The position numbers and the translations under genes were made by a program. Shown piece after piece: positions 51,401 to 63,790 of a stretch of DNA of 64,000 bases. A model generated the notes under the pieces. The model saw nothing but the letters and a program-made list of their open reading frames with translations, made no database searches and had not been told where the DNA came from. Every line of letters starts with the position of its first letter. Position 1 is the stretch's first letter. Origin of the DNA: Mobula hypostoma (taxonomy: Eukaryota); NCBI RefSeq assembly GCF_963921235.1, contig NC_086097.1:19840001-19904000 (forward strand), in the 5' to 3' direction.

Positions 51401-54400
51401 ACCATTCTCCCTGTTCGCATCGTTAACCTCTTTATATAAATTTATGTTTTAGTTTCTACACTTGCAACAAGTCCCCGTTTCCTCCCTCCGCCCAGGATGC
51501 GAGGATGCTGAACTTCTGCCCGGCGAGGTGCTGGGTCGCCCCAGTGGATGCTTCAGCCACTTGTTTGTATTTTTGTTGACGAAGAGGGTCGGGATTGCAC
51601 ACAAACGTCTCGGAGTGGGCTGGATGTTGCGAGGGTGGGGTCAGTGGTATGCGTTCAACTCACAAAATCATTTCATCGATTAGGTGAATTCTGGAGCGGA
51701 AGCGCCTCGTCGCTGACGATCTGTACTGCGCTCGAAGCGGGGGAATTGCGTTTACATCTATCACTGCTGGTTACCGACAAATCATTGACACAGTTCATCA
51801 ACAACTTGACAATAAATCTAACACAACTTTCTTGGAAAGTCGTTACTCTGCATCTGCAGAATCTCTTGTGTGTACAGTTTTCCTCTCTGCCGCTCTTTCC
51901 TAGTTATTTGTTTATATATTTGCAACACCCCCTTCCCCCACCACCGCCTCTATTTATTTCTGTCACCGTTCCGCTTCTCATCTCTCTCTTCGCCAGGAAT
52001 CTATCTACGCCGCTTCTTTCCCCTCCTCCATCTCCCCTCTGTCCGAAAATAATTCCTAATTTGCACCCCCCCCCCCAAAAAAAGCACATATTCACAGTAA
52101 GGGGAAAAATCACCGAGGGATGGAGGCAATCCTCCAGCTGAATTGGAAATGATTTTGTGAAGTTTGGTTAATGGGTGAGAGGCAAAATGGGAACGGGTCG
52201 GTGTTAATGTTTTCTAACCGCATTCAGGGACAAGGAGACAACGAGCGTGTCTTTACAGACAGACACAATCCTGCTGGAACACCTCTCTTTCTTTCTACCT
52301 CCGGAGATTTTCCATCGAATCTCGTTTATTCGTTTTATCACTCCCAGGGCCCATCTCTGCAAAGTATAATATACACACTTTAGCCCGAATTTTGCAGCTA
52401 GGAGACCGATTAGCTAAATAAATTGCGATTTGTCTTTTCCGATTTGTTTTTGTTTTAAATAGAGCCGGGGTATTTCTGAGCTTCTGTCTTGTTAATTTGT
52501 CCAAATTGATCAGCATTCCCCTCATATTTATTTGTCTGACTGGGTTGTAAAGATTTTTATTCACGATGCTCCCTGCCGCATCTGTTTAACTGGCATTTCC
52601 CCGCGTAAATAGCGCAAGGGTAAATCGGTTGCAACAATTACAAGCACTCGGGAGTTATTACGGATTGGTGGTGTTTGGTGATTCGAGTAAAAAGCGGCGC
52701 GATTGGATTTGATTTTTAAGCATATTTTTTAACAGTCTCAAAGAATTATTCGTTAAGCAATGTAGTGTTGAGTATGCTTGGTTTATGGGCTGAAGCACAT
52801 CGGATTTATTGGCATGTTTGGCGATATTAGCGAATCCGTGCGGAATGATTATTCTCATGAGCACTGTAAACTGGGAAAACATACAGAAGCAAACAAAATA
52901 ACAATTCTCAACGCGGTTAATCTTACATTCGTACGCATCATAATCAGTACTATTATTACTGATTATACTGAGATTAGCACAGTAATATTATTAATAACTA
53001 TACTAAATATTGGTATGAATATATTTAGATAAATGTTATTATGAACTAGTGTATCAATCGCTGGCAATTTACCAACTAAAATGCAATAATATACATATGA
53101 TTTCATAAATACATTTGGTTTTCTCCGTCAAAAACTGCTGTTGATATAATGACATTCCCGCTATTTTAATAAATAAATATATATTGGAATTTATTTGATG
53201 TATCTGAAAGTGATTGAAAGGAGAAAATGCAACATGGCCTGACTTCCCCGGAGTTGTTCTGTTACACAACCATCTAATTTGTAACTCTTTCAACACACAA
53301 GTATACAATCAGAAATCTATAGGAATTGTAACATTCATGTTTTCACTGGGTAATGTTTTTTCTTGTGTGTGCTTGCAGAGTTTCGTTCCCTCCCGGCCCT
53401 TCTGTCTCTAGTAATCAAAGAACTTTAATCCTGACATCAGTTCCACAGGGGAATCATTCTATATCCGATAAACTTTTCGTACTAAATGTTTCGAGCAAAT
53501 CAGCTTACGCTGTAGTAATTTGCTACAGTTTAGAGAAGCGGGGAGAGGGCTTTCTGCTGGATTTGAATATCAAATTATCTGCCTGATATTACATTTGCTT
53601 CGTTGGCTGCAGTATACGAACTGCATTCACTCTGAAGGATTGTCTCAGAAAGAATAAATAATCGCGGGCTAAAGCCTGTATTAAGCGAGTAATTTCCTAT
53701 TTGAAAGAATTAAACGGGGTCCTAATCGACACGGGGAAGAGAGCGATGGTTTGCGTAGGCATCAGCGACAGGGAAGGAAACGCTGCTTCTTTATTTTTGA
53801 AGGGATCTGTCAATTTTTACACAATAATGCGATTGTGAAAACAAATCGGAGGAAGACAGAGAGAAGATTGGGAAAGGTTAGCAAAAAATGGCGGGAAATT
53901 GGTGAAAGGAAGGTGGAAAATGGAAGGGTACAGGGAGGCAGATGATAAAACGAATAGAAATAGGGAAAACGAAATAGATAAATAAAAATGAATCATTGAG
54001 TTTAAAAAAATGAATGAGACGGAGAGAGATGAGAGACAAAATATCTGTACACACATGGGGTGGGGGTGGAGATGATTCTCCTTTTTAAGCGATTAGGCCG
54101 GATTGAATGAGATTAAATCCACAGAAGGCAATACAGGGTCCCTAGTTTTCTCTAACAGTAATTCTTACTAATCAGCAATTATTACATTATCTATTTTTTT
54201 TCTCCTACCGTCGGCGGTGGTCAATTGGTGGCAGGGCGCCTCTGGGATAGATTTATTAAAAGGACCGTTTGTTAATTCCGCGGTGAGGGAAGAGTGTTGG
54301 AGATACAAATCGGGGGAAGGGGCGGTAAATAAGAGTTGTGCAGAAAAGGAAGCCGGCGAGGGTATCAAAATGCGGAGGAAGTCATCAATGGGCAGATGAA

Positions 54401-55559
54401 CAAACAGGAAATAAGAGCAGGGCGAGAGAGGGAAAGTATGTAATCAGGTAATTATTTTCAACGAGGAAGGAATTAAAAAGGCACCAAACATAAATATCAA
54501 CGATACTTTAACAGAAAACAGTCATAAATAAAAATAATAAACTTATGTAAATGTAAAAATACAGGCAAACATGAAGTAGCTTTATGCAAACGTAAACATA
54601 AAGCTGTTAAACTAATCTTTAGCACGAAAGAATGAGGAAAGTTATGGGAAATGGGGACAGGAGAAGAGGTTGAAGGAATGGGTATATTTTAAATTGATAC
54701 GTTCTTGATTAATCAGGACGTTAAAGGTTACTGGGATACGGCAGGAAAATGGGATTGAGAGGTAAAATAAATCAGCTATGATGGATAGCGGAGCAGAATC
54801 GATGGGCCGAATGGCTTAATTCTGCCCCTGTGCCTTATGGTCTTGTGGAGTAGGGGCGGCAAGCTTTTCAGAATCGAATCAGATTTAATATCGCAGACCT
54901 ATGTCGTGAAATTCGTTGCTTTGCAGTTGCAGTACAGTGCAATGTATTAAAAACTATACATTAAAATACTATGTATATAACTAAATTAAATAAATAGTGC
55001 AAAAAGAGACCAAAAATATTGAGGTAATGTTCGTAGGCTGGGGTTGGTCTCGGTAGATGTGACAATAATAAACCAATTCTAATTGCAGTAAGGCCGGTCA
55101 GGGAGCGAGGAGGTGGTGTGAGGTATAAACGGCGGTGACACTGCGAACAGGTGGGCGGCCGGGCGGCACATGCTGCAGTCAGTACTGTAAATGAATAGAG
55201 AACCTCGTGACACGGCGGCCGGGGAGGTGCTCGTTCAGTGCAGCCGATGCCTACACTGCAGTTATCCAAACAACGCCATCGGCAACCACTTCCACCTGCT
55301 ATGAACACTGCTATGAATACTGCTATGAGTATATACAGACACCTACAGGAAAACATCTCTAGACGTATATGCATAATACACGCAGGCACAGTTGCTCATA
55401 CAAATTTATGCAGAGCTCAAATTTCATGCAAGGAATTTCATTTCACACGGGTATGTATGACAATGCACTAATCTGAATTTGAATTACACATAAGATATCT
55501 GGGCACACATAAGATATATTTATACATATAGACGCATATGCACTGTTACACAAATACGT

Positions 55560-55593
55560 ACAAATACACAAAACACAGACACAGGCACACATA

Positions 55594-55628
<35 letters not shown>

Positions 55629-55803
55629 TAGATACAGACACAGAAGCGCACTCTCACACGGCACACATATACAGACACATAAAATACAGACACAGATACA
55701 CAGACGCGCGCGCGCGCACACACACACTAGATACACACACACACACACTAGATACACACACACACACACACTAGATACACAGACGTACACACACACACAC
55801 GCA
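55560..55803. repeat. Compound (CA)n/(CG)n simple repeat with CACACACTAGATA units
   Basis: Direct reading. Confidence 0.95.
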
Positions 55804-57028
55804 CAAGGTGCAGCAAGGGATGAAAGGGAAATAAGATGATAAAAGAAGCACCAAGTGAAATTTCAATGAAGGGACTGCGCCGGCCGTTTACTCGGAGACA
55901 CAGGGTACTGCAGGGAGCCTGGAATTTACGCATAATTTCCAAGGTGCGAGGGTCAAATTGTTCTGAACGCGTCGCCGGCAAGTTTTTACCGCCTACAGTT
56001 CACCCCCCCCCCCCCGCGAAGTGGGATATTGGTGGTAATCACAGGGTTAACGGCAGAGGGCTTGTAGATAAATCCCAACCTAATCTGATCTGAAAGTTTA
56101 TGGCTGATTTTAAACACTCCGCCCACATATTAAAATTCTTCGCTGCTGATTTACATGCATAAAGAGGATGCCGTAATAACACGGTAGATTACGCTGAGAT
56201 TTAGTCCGCGCTTTGTACAGGCTTCTGTCCTGTTCCACGGCAGATCCAATGATTAGAGATTGAAACGCAAACAGCTGTTGCTCGATTTTTAAAAAACTTT
56301 TATATTTTACGAGTCTCATTAACATATAATTCTGCTGCATCCGTCTGCTCTTAAATCGGGGTTTCTAATTTTTTTTAGGGAAAGTTGTGCGGTATAAATC
56401 ATTGACCGATGAGGCTGGACTAGAATTCCTGATTTATTTTTAAAGCAATTGGGTCTAAGTTTGGGATCTCCCGTTGAGCAAAGACTGGGCACATCCAGCT
56501 GGCTGCAGATCCCACCTACCCCTGCACCCGCCCACAAAGAAAAGGTTCAAAGTTCAAAGTAAATTTATTATCAAGGTTATCTGTCACCATATACCGCCTC
56601 GATATAGGTTCTGACTGAAACAGAGAACGCTAGATACACTCAGCAGGTCAGGCAGCATCTGTGGAGAATGAAACTGTAAGCATTTCCAGACCATGAGAGA
56701 AAACCAGTTGGTTTTAATTGCAGAGGGGGTGGGTAGAGGGAGGAAGTTGGACGGGACAAGCAGAATATCTCTGTTACGTGGGGCTGGGGTTGTTATGAGC
56801 GATGAGATGTCGTCTGCTTAATGGCGGCAGTCAGAGAGGGAGAATCTTAACCGGCATAAAAGGCTGTGAATGCTGGTATGCTGGACTGTGCTGGTGGAAA
56901 CGGGAAAATATCATCTGATAGTTTCACTCCTTCTCCTTGCTCAGTTCAAGCAGGGAGCTTGCAGAGTGGTGACTCCTGAAATGAAGAACAAGCTAGTTGG
57001 GTTTCTGTTGCACTCACCCCGACATTAA

Positions 57029-57763
57029 AATGTCCTCCTATACCGTTTGAACTATTTTAGCATGGGAAACAAGGCAGCCAATGTCGTTCTGTACCGTTTG
57101 ACCTCCGCTCCGTCCGCCACAACAGACAGGATCTCCCAGTGGCTACCTACTTCAACTCTGCTTCCCACTCCCATTCAGATATGTCCATACATGACCTCCT
57201 CTACTGCCATGATGAGGCTAAACTCAGGTTGGAGGAGCAACACCTCATATACCGTCTAGGTAGTCTCCAGCCCCTTGGTATGAACATAGCATTCTCCAAT
57301 TTCCGGTAATTCCCTCCCCCTCCCTTTCTCTATCCCTATGTCCCTCTGCCCCCTCCCCCAGCTGCCTATCACCTCCCTCATGGTTCCGTCTCCTTCTACT
57401 ACCCATTGCGTTTTCCCCTATTCTTTCTTCACCTTTCCTGCCTATCACCTCCCTGCTTCCCTCCCCCACCCTTTTATCTTTCCCCCTACTGGTTTTTCAC
57501 CTGGAACCTACCAGCCTTCTCCTTCCCACCCTCCCCCCCCCCCACCTTCCGGCCCAAAACGTCGACCGATCTTTTCCACGGATGCTGCCCGACCTGCTGA
57601 GTTCCTCCAGCGTGTTGTGAGTGTTGCTTTGACCCCAGCATCTGCAGATTATTTTGTGTTTAATGTCGTTCTGTACGGTTTGAACAGTTTTAGCATGGGA
57701 AACAGAGCAGCCAATGTTGTTCTGTACCGTTTGAACCGTTTTAGCATGGGAAACACGGGAGCC
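57029..57763 (+). mobile_element. Penelope-like 3' fragment (57102-57661) inserted into a 3 x 51-bp tandem repeat
   Basis: Encodes CHDEAKLRLEEQHLIYRLGSLQPLGMNIAFSNF; 22-bp duplication at 57080-57101 / 57662-57683. Confidence 0.85.
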
Positions 57764-57951
57764 ACTTTGCTCAGAGCAAAGTCCCACAAACAAGAATGTG
57801 ATAAAGGTCAGAAATCCTTTTGAGTTTCGCAGCTTGAGAGGTAAATATTGGCTGGGACACAGGGGTGAGGTCTGTACGGGATCACTTTCTCCTAGGGGTA
57901 CAACACAGTAGTGTAGTGCTTAGTGTAATGCTATTAGAGACCTAGTAACAC

Positions 57952-59727
57952 AGGTTGGAGGAGACATCAGATGTGCGACAACTCTGGCAGAATTTGCAAG
58001 ACATTACTTCCTACAAAGCGAATAGCATGAATGGCAGCGATACTTCACTACCAGATGAACTCAATGTCTTCTATGCCCATTTTGAAAGGGAGAATACAAC
58101 TACAGCTGTGAAGATCCCTGATGCACCTGATGACCCTGTGATCTCTGTCTCAGAGGCTGATGTTAGGCTGTCTTTAAAGAGAGTGAACCCTCGCAAGGCG
58201 GAAGGCCCCGATAGAGTACCTGGTAAGGCTCTGAAAACCTGTGCCAACCAACTAGTCAAGGACATTCAAGGACATTTTCAACCTCTCACTGCTATGGGCA
58301 GAAGTTCCCATTTGCTTCAAAAAGGTAACAATTATACCAGTGCTTAAGAAGAATAATGTAAGCTGCCTTGATGACTATCGTCGGTAGCACTCACATCTGC
58401 AGTGATGAAATGCTTTCAGAGGTTGGTCAGATGTAGACTAAATTCCTGCCTCAGCAAGGACCTGGACCATTGCAGTTTGCCTATCGCCGCAATAGATCAA
58501 CGGCAGATGCAATCTCAATGGCTCTTCACATGGCTTTAGACCACCTGGACAACACAGACACCTATGTCAGGATGCTTTTCATCGACTATAGATCAGAATT
58601 TAATACCATCATTCCCACAATCCTGATTGAGAAGTTGCAGAACCTGGGCCTCTGTACCTCCCTCTGCAACCAGATCCTTGACTTCCCAATCAGAAGACCA
58701 CAATCTGTGTGGATTGGTCTTAACATCTCCTCCGCGCTGATGATCAACACTGGCGCATCTCAGGGCTGTGTGCTTGGCATAGCTCAAATACCATCAATAG
58801 ATTTGCCGACAATACAACCATTGTTGGTAGAATCTCAGATGGAGACAAGAGGGCGTACAGGATCAAGATATGTCAACTACTGGAGTGGTGTCACAGCAAC
58901 AACCTGGCACTCAACGTCAGTGGAATGAAAGAGCTGATTGTGGACTTCAGGAAGGGTAAGACGAAGGAACACATACCAATCCTCACAGAGGGATCCGAAG
59001 TCGAGAGAGTGGGCAGTTTCAAGTTCCTGGGTGTCAAGATCTCTGAGGATCTAACCTGGTCCCAACATACTGATACAGCTATAAAGAAGCAGTTATACTT
59101 CATCAGGAGTCTGAAGAGATTTGGTACGTTAACAAATACTCTCAAGAACTTCTACAGATGTACCATGGAGAGCATTCTGACAGGCTACATCACTGTCTGG
59201 TATGGGGGATGGGGGGGGTGCTACTGCACAGGACCGAAAGAAGCTGTAGAGGGTCGTAAATTTAGTTGGCTCCATATTGAGTACTAGCCTACAAAGTACC
59301 CAGGATATCCTTCAGGGAACAGTGTCTCAGAAAGGCAGCGTCCATTATTAAGAACCTTTCCCCCTCCCCCCCGCCAGCACCCAGGGCATGCCCTTTTCTC
59401 ACTGTTATCATCAGGTAGGAGGTACAGAAGCCTGAAGACACACACTCAGTGATTCAGGAACAGCTTCTTCCTCTCTGCGATCCGATTCCTAAATAGACAT
59501 TGAACCCATGAACACTACTTCACTTTTTAAATATATATTATTTCTGTTTTTGGATGATTTTTAATCTATTCAATATGCATATACTGTGATTGATTTATTT
59601 ATTTATGTATTACTATTATTTAATTTTGTGTTTTATTCTATGTTATGTATTGCATTGAACTGCTGCTGCTAAGTGAACAAATTTCATGACACATGCCAGT
59701 GATAATAAACCTGATTCTGATTCTGAT
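57952..59727 (+). mobile_element. Rex1/Babar LINE, ~1.8-kb degenerate RT region, inserted into an HE1 SINE
   Basis: Encodes [50 protein letters not shown] and KELIVDFRK, with frameshifts; (GATTCT)n tail; the SINE body resumes at ~59730. Confidence 0.9.
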
Positions 59728-61094
59728 AGGTTCCATTCCACCTGTGTCTCCGGGAAGTTTGTACAGTCTCCCTGTGAACAGCATGGGTTTTCTGTGGGTG
59801 CTCCAGTTTCCTGCCATGGTCCAAAGATGTATGGGTTAATTGGTTAATTGGTCACATGGGTGTAACTGGACACGTAAATAAAAATGAAATCAAATTTAAA
59901 GTGGATATTGATGAGTTCTTGATTAATGACAATGTCAAAGGGGAGAAGGCTGGAGAATGGAGTTGAAAAGGAATAATAAATCAGCGATGATTTAATGAGA
60001 CTCAATCAGCTGAAGGCCTAATTCTGCTTATACGTCTTATGGTCGTATTGTGGTCAGACAAGTCCAAAACTGAACCATCTGGAATTCCCAACCCAGAGAT
60101 CATTGGTTCCTATTGTAATGGCTGTTCTTTATAGGTCCAACACTGGCAGAGTTCTGTGTTATCTGTCGTCAAGGTGGTCTCCTAATCAGCCATTCACTGG
60201 TAAGTCCCTCACCTCGCCACTGCAAGCACTGAATCACCCAGTGAGAACCCCACTGGCAGCTATCCAGGGCACACCAGGATTGGTCAGCACCACTGGACCA
60301 CTGGCTCAGTCTGGAGCTGGACTGAGGGATGGGAGGGGAACCCTGAAATATACCACATCTAGAAACAGTAAATCATAATTATATGTCATTCACATTATAG
60401 TCTGATGAGAGGTCTTGGCCCAAAATGTCAACTGTTGATTCCTCTCCATAGATGCTGCCTGATCTGCTGAGTTCCTTTTGTATTCTGTATGTGTTACTCT
60501 GGGTTACCAGCAGCAGCCACAAACATAGAAACCCAATGGCACCCATTTTTTAGAAAGACCGTCAAACACCCAATGTGCAGGAAAAAAACAAACTGTGCAA
60601 ATAACGGAAGTTTACAAAGGCGTGCTTCTGGTTATCAAAGCAGAGAGCATCTCTGGAGGGGATTAGGTAGTTGACATTTCGGATTGAGGCCCTTCATTAG
60701 GTTTTTTTCACCAGGGTCGTGGCCCAAAACATCATTTATCTATTCCCCTCCATAGCTGCTGCTTGGCCTGCTGGATTCATCCAGCATTTTGTGTGTATTG
60801 CTCAAGATATCCAGCACCTGCAGAATCTCGTCTTTTTGTTTCCTTTTATATCAGCTCTTCAAAGGAAGAGGAGAATCAGCCAAGATCACTAGATCCACTG
60901 GGCTTGCTATGTTCAACTTGCTCTATTAATTCCCAGTTTTGATGAAGAGGGTTGACCTGAAATACAGTATGAACACCGTTTCTCCCTCAAATATAATGTC
61001 TGACCTGCTGATCGTCTCCTGAAATCTCTGGTTTTATTTTAGATCTCCAACATCTGCAGTTAATCAGACACAATTCTCACTTTAGTAAAAAGCT

Positions 61095-61635
61095 TCATCG
61101 AGCACCTTCACTTCATCCACCACAACAGCGGTGATTTCCGGTGGCTACCAATTTTAATTGTACTTTCCATTTCCACTTTGACATGTCAGTCCGTGGTCTC
61201 CTCTACTGTCATGATGAAGCCACTCAGGTTGGAAGAGTAACACCTCATATTCTGTCTGTGCAGCCTCCAACCATGAGCATTGATTTCTCAAAATTCTGGT
61301 AATTTCTACACCACCCCCCTTCTGGCTCCCCTCTTACCCCTTCCCTTCTCTTTCTGGTGCTCCTCCTCCTTCCCTGTCTCCCACAGTTCATTCCCCTCTC
61401 CTATCAGATTCCTTCTTCTTCAGCCCATTACCTTTTCCACCTATCACCTCCCGGCTTCTCATTTCATGCCTCCCACCCACCCACCTTCCCCTCCACCTAT
61501 CACTTGTTAGTTTGTACTCCTTCCCCTCCCCCGCCTTCTTATTCTGGCTTCTTCTCCCTTCCACTCCAGTCCTGACGAAGGGTCTCGGCCTGAAACCAAC
61601 TGTTTATTCCCCTCCAAAGATGCTGCCTGAGGCTG
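61095..61635 (+). mobile_element. Penelope-like 3' fragment
   Basis: Homologous to 22895-23430; hammerhead motif at 61568-61601. Confidence 0.78.
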
Positions 61636-62064
61636 CTCTGTTCTTCCACCAGCTTTAACAGGAAGGGAGGGCCTTATACAGTTACCAGAACGTCTAACTG
61701 CTGGTTACGCTGGATGGGATGATAGGTGGGATCAATGAAGACCCTCAGGAATAAGTTAGTGTGTTTCACCCAAGGACTGCTGTTCCAAAGGTAGAAAGGC
61801 TCCACTTACTATGGGGAGAAGAGGGTGGGTGGGAAGAGGATCACCACAAGAGAATTGTGGCAGTGAAGTCAGGAACTGGATCCGAAGAACCGGTTGACAG
61901 ATGATCAGGAAATGGAGAGGGGTCAGTCAGATCATGGGGGTAATAGACAGGCAACAATAAAGGGTGAGATCCTGGCTCCGTCCAGCTGACTGAGGCTCAG
62001 AGATGGAACAGTGTCTGGTGCTATGGGACTTGGGTTGGAGGGGTGGCAGTGGGGCTGAGGTCAG

Positions 62065-62650
62065 AGACTACTATTTATTGACTACAATTCCACATTCAAT
62101 ACCATATTTCCAAGCAAATTCAAGTTCAAACTCGTAGACTTGGGACTCAACACCTCCCTCTGCAACTGGATCTTTGATTTCCTGCTCAACAGGCCATATG
62201 CAGTGAGGATAGGCAGCAACACCTCAGCCACAATTATTCTCAACATGGTGCCCCATAAGGCTGTGGCCTCAGCCCTCTACACTACCCTACATTACTCCCT
62301 ATATACTGATGACCGCATGGCCAAATTCTGCGCTAACCCCATTTACAAGTTTGTAGATAACCATAGTGGGCTAAATGTCAAATAGCAATGTGTTGAAGTA
62401 CAGGAAGGAGACAGGGAGCCTAGTGACATGGTGTCATGACAATGACCTTGCCCTCTGTGTCACCAAAACAAAAGAGTTATCATCTTGACTTAGGAAGGAG
62501 GGTGCTGCACACAGTCCTGTTTACATCAACAGTGTTGAGTTCAAGAGGATTGAGAGCTTCAAGGTCCTCGGAGTGAACATTACCAATAGACCATCCTGGT
62601 CCAACCACATGGCCAAGAAAGTCCATCTGCACCTCTACTTCCTCAGTAGA
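62065..62650 (+). mobile_element. Old Rex1/Babar RT fragment
   Basis: Encodes [22 protein letters not shown] and YSLYTDD...IYKFVD. Confidence 0.75.
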
Positions 62651-63142
62651 AGAGGGTCCAGGGGAGATTCACAGGAGTGATCTCTGGAATGAAAGGGTTA
62701 ATGTATGAGGTGCATCTGATGGTTCTGGACCTGTACGTCCTGAAGTTTAGAAGAATGGGGGTGGGGGAATCTCATTGAAACATATCAAATATTGGAAAGC
62801 CTAAATAGAGTAGATGTGGAGAGGATGTTTCCTATAGTGGGGGAGTCTAGGTCCAAAGGGCACAACCACAGAATTGGGTTCCGTCCATTGAGGGAAAAAT
62901 TTCTTTAATCAGAGATTGGTGAATCTATGGAATTCATTGCCACAGACAGCTGTGCAGACCAAGTCATTGGGTATATTTAAGGCGCTGGTTGATAGGTTCT
63001 TGATTAATCAGGGCATCAAAGGTTACAGGGAGAAGACAGGAGAATGGGATTGAGAGGGATAATAAATAAGCCATGATGGAACGGCGGAGCAGACTTAATG
63101 GGCCAATGGCTTAATTTTGTTCCTACGTCCAGTGGTCTTATG
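62650..63142 (+). mobile_element. CR1 3' fragment nested in the Rex1 copy
   Basis: RVQGRFTGVISGMKGLMYE-like remnant followed by the CR1 tail. Confidence 0.78.
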
Positions 63143-63419
63143 GAGGATAAAAGAATTCTACATTCCACATTGACCCCCTCTTCTTCCCCCTCACCTATCG
63201 GGCAGAAGATGAAAAAAATCTCAAAGCACATCCCACCAGGTTCAACGGCAGCTTTTATAGACTATTGAAAGGTCCCCTTGTATGAGAAGATGACCTCACA
63301 GTCTACCTCATCATTGGCCTTGCAGCTTACCGTCTGCCTGCACGGCACTGTGACACTTTACTCTGCATTCTGTAATTGCTTTCCCTTGCATGGTTGTAAT
63401 GAAATAATGGCATGATTCA

Positions 63420-63790
63420 TCATGGTCACAATCCTTGCCAGCATCGAGGACATCTTCAAAGGGCAATGCCTCAAAAAGGTGGCATCCAATTTTAAGGACC
63501 CCCATCACCCAGGACATGTCCTCTTCTCATTAATACCATCAAGGAAGAGGTACAGGAGCCTGAAGACACACGCTCAATGCTTTAGGATTCTTCCCCTCTG
63601 CCATCAGATTTCTGAATGGGCAATGAACCCATATACACTACCTCAATATTTTTGCACTACTTATTTAATTTTATATATATATTTCTTATTGTAATTTATA
63701 ATTTTTTATTATGTACCACACTGTACTGCTGCCACAAAATAACAAATTTCACAACATATCACAGTGGTATTAAACCTGATTCTGGTTCTG
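63420..63790 (+). mobile_element. Rex1 3' end
   Basis: Encodes SIEDIFKGQCLKKVASNFKDPHHPGHVLFSLIPSRKRYRSL; tail aaacctgattctg. Confidence 0.75.

Noticed and set aside
51548-52141. 197-aa divergent ORF upstream of VSX2
   Set aside because: Low-complexity Leu/Pro/Ser composition from pyrimidine-rich DNA; no recognisable homology or domain.
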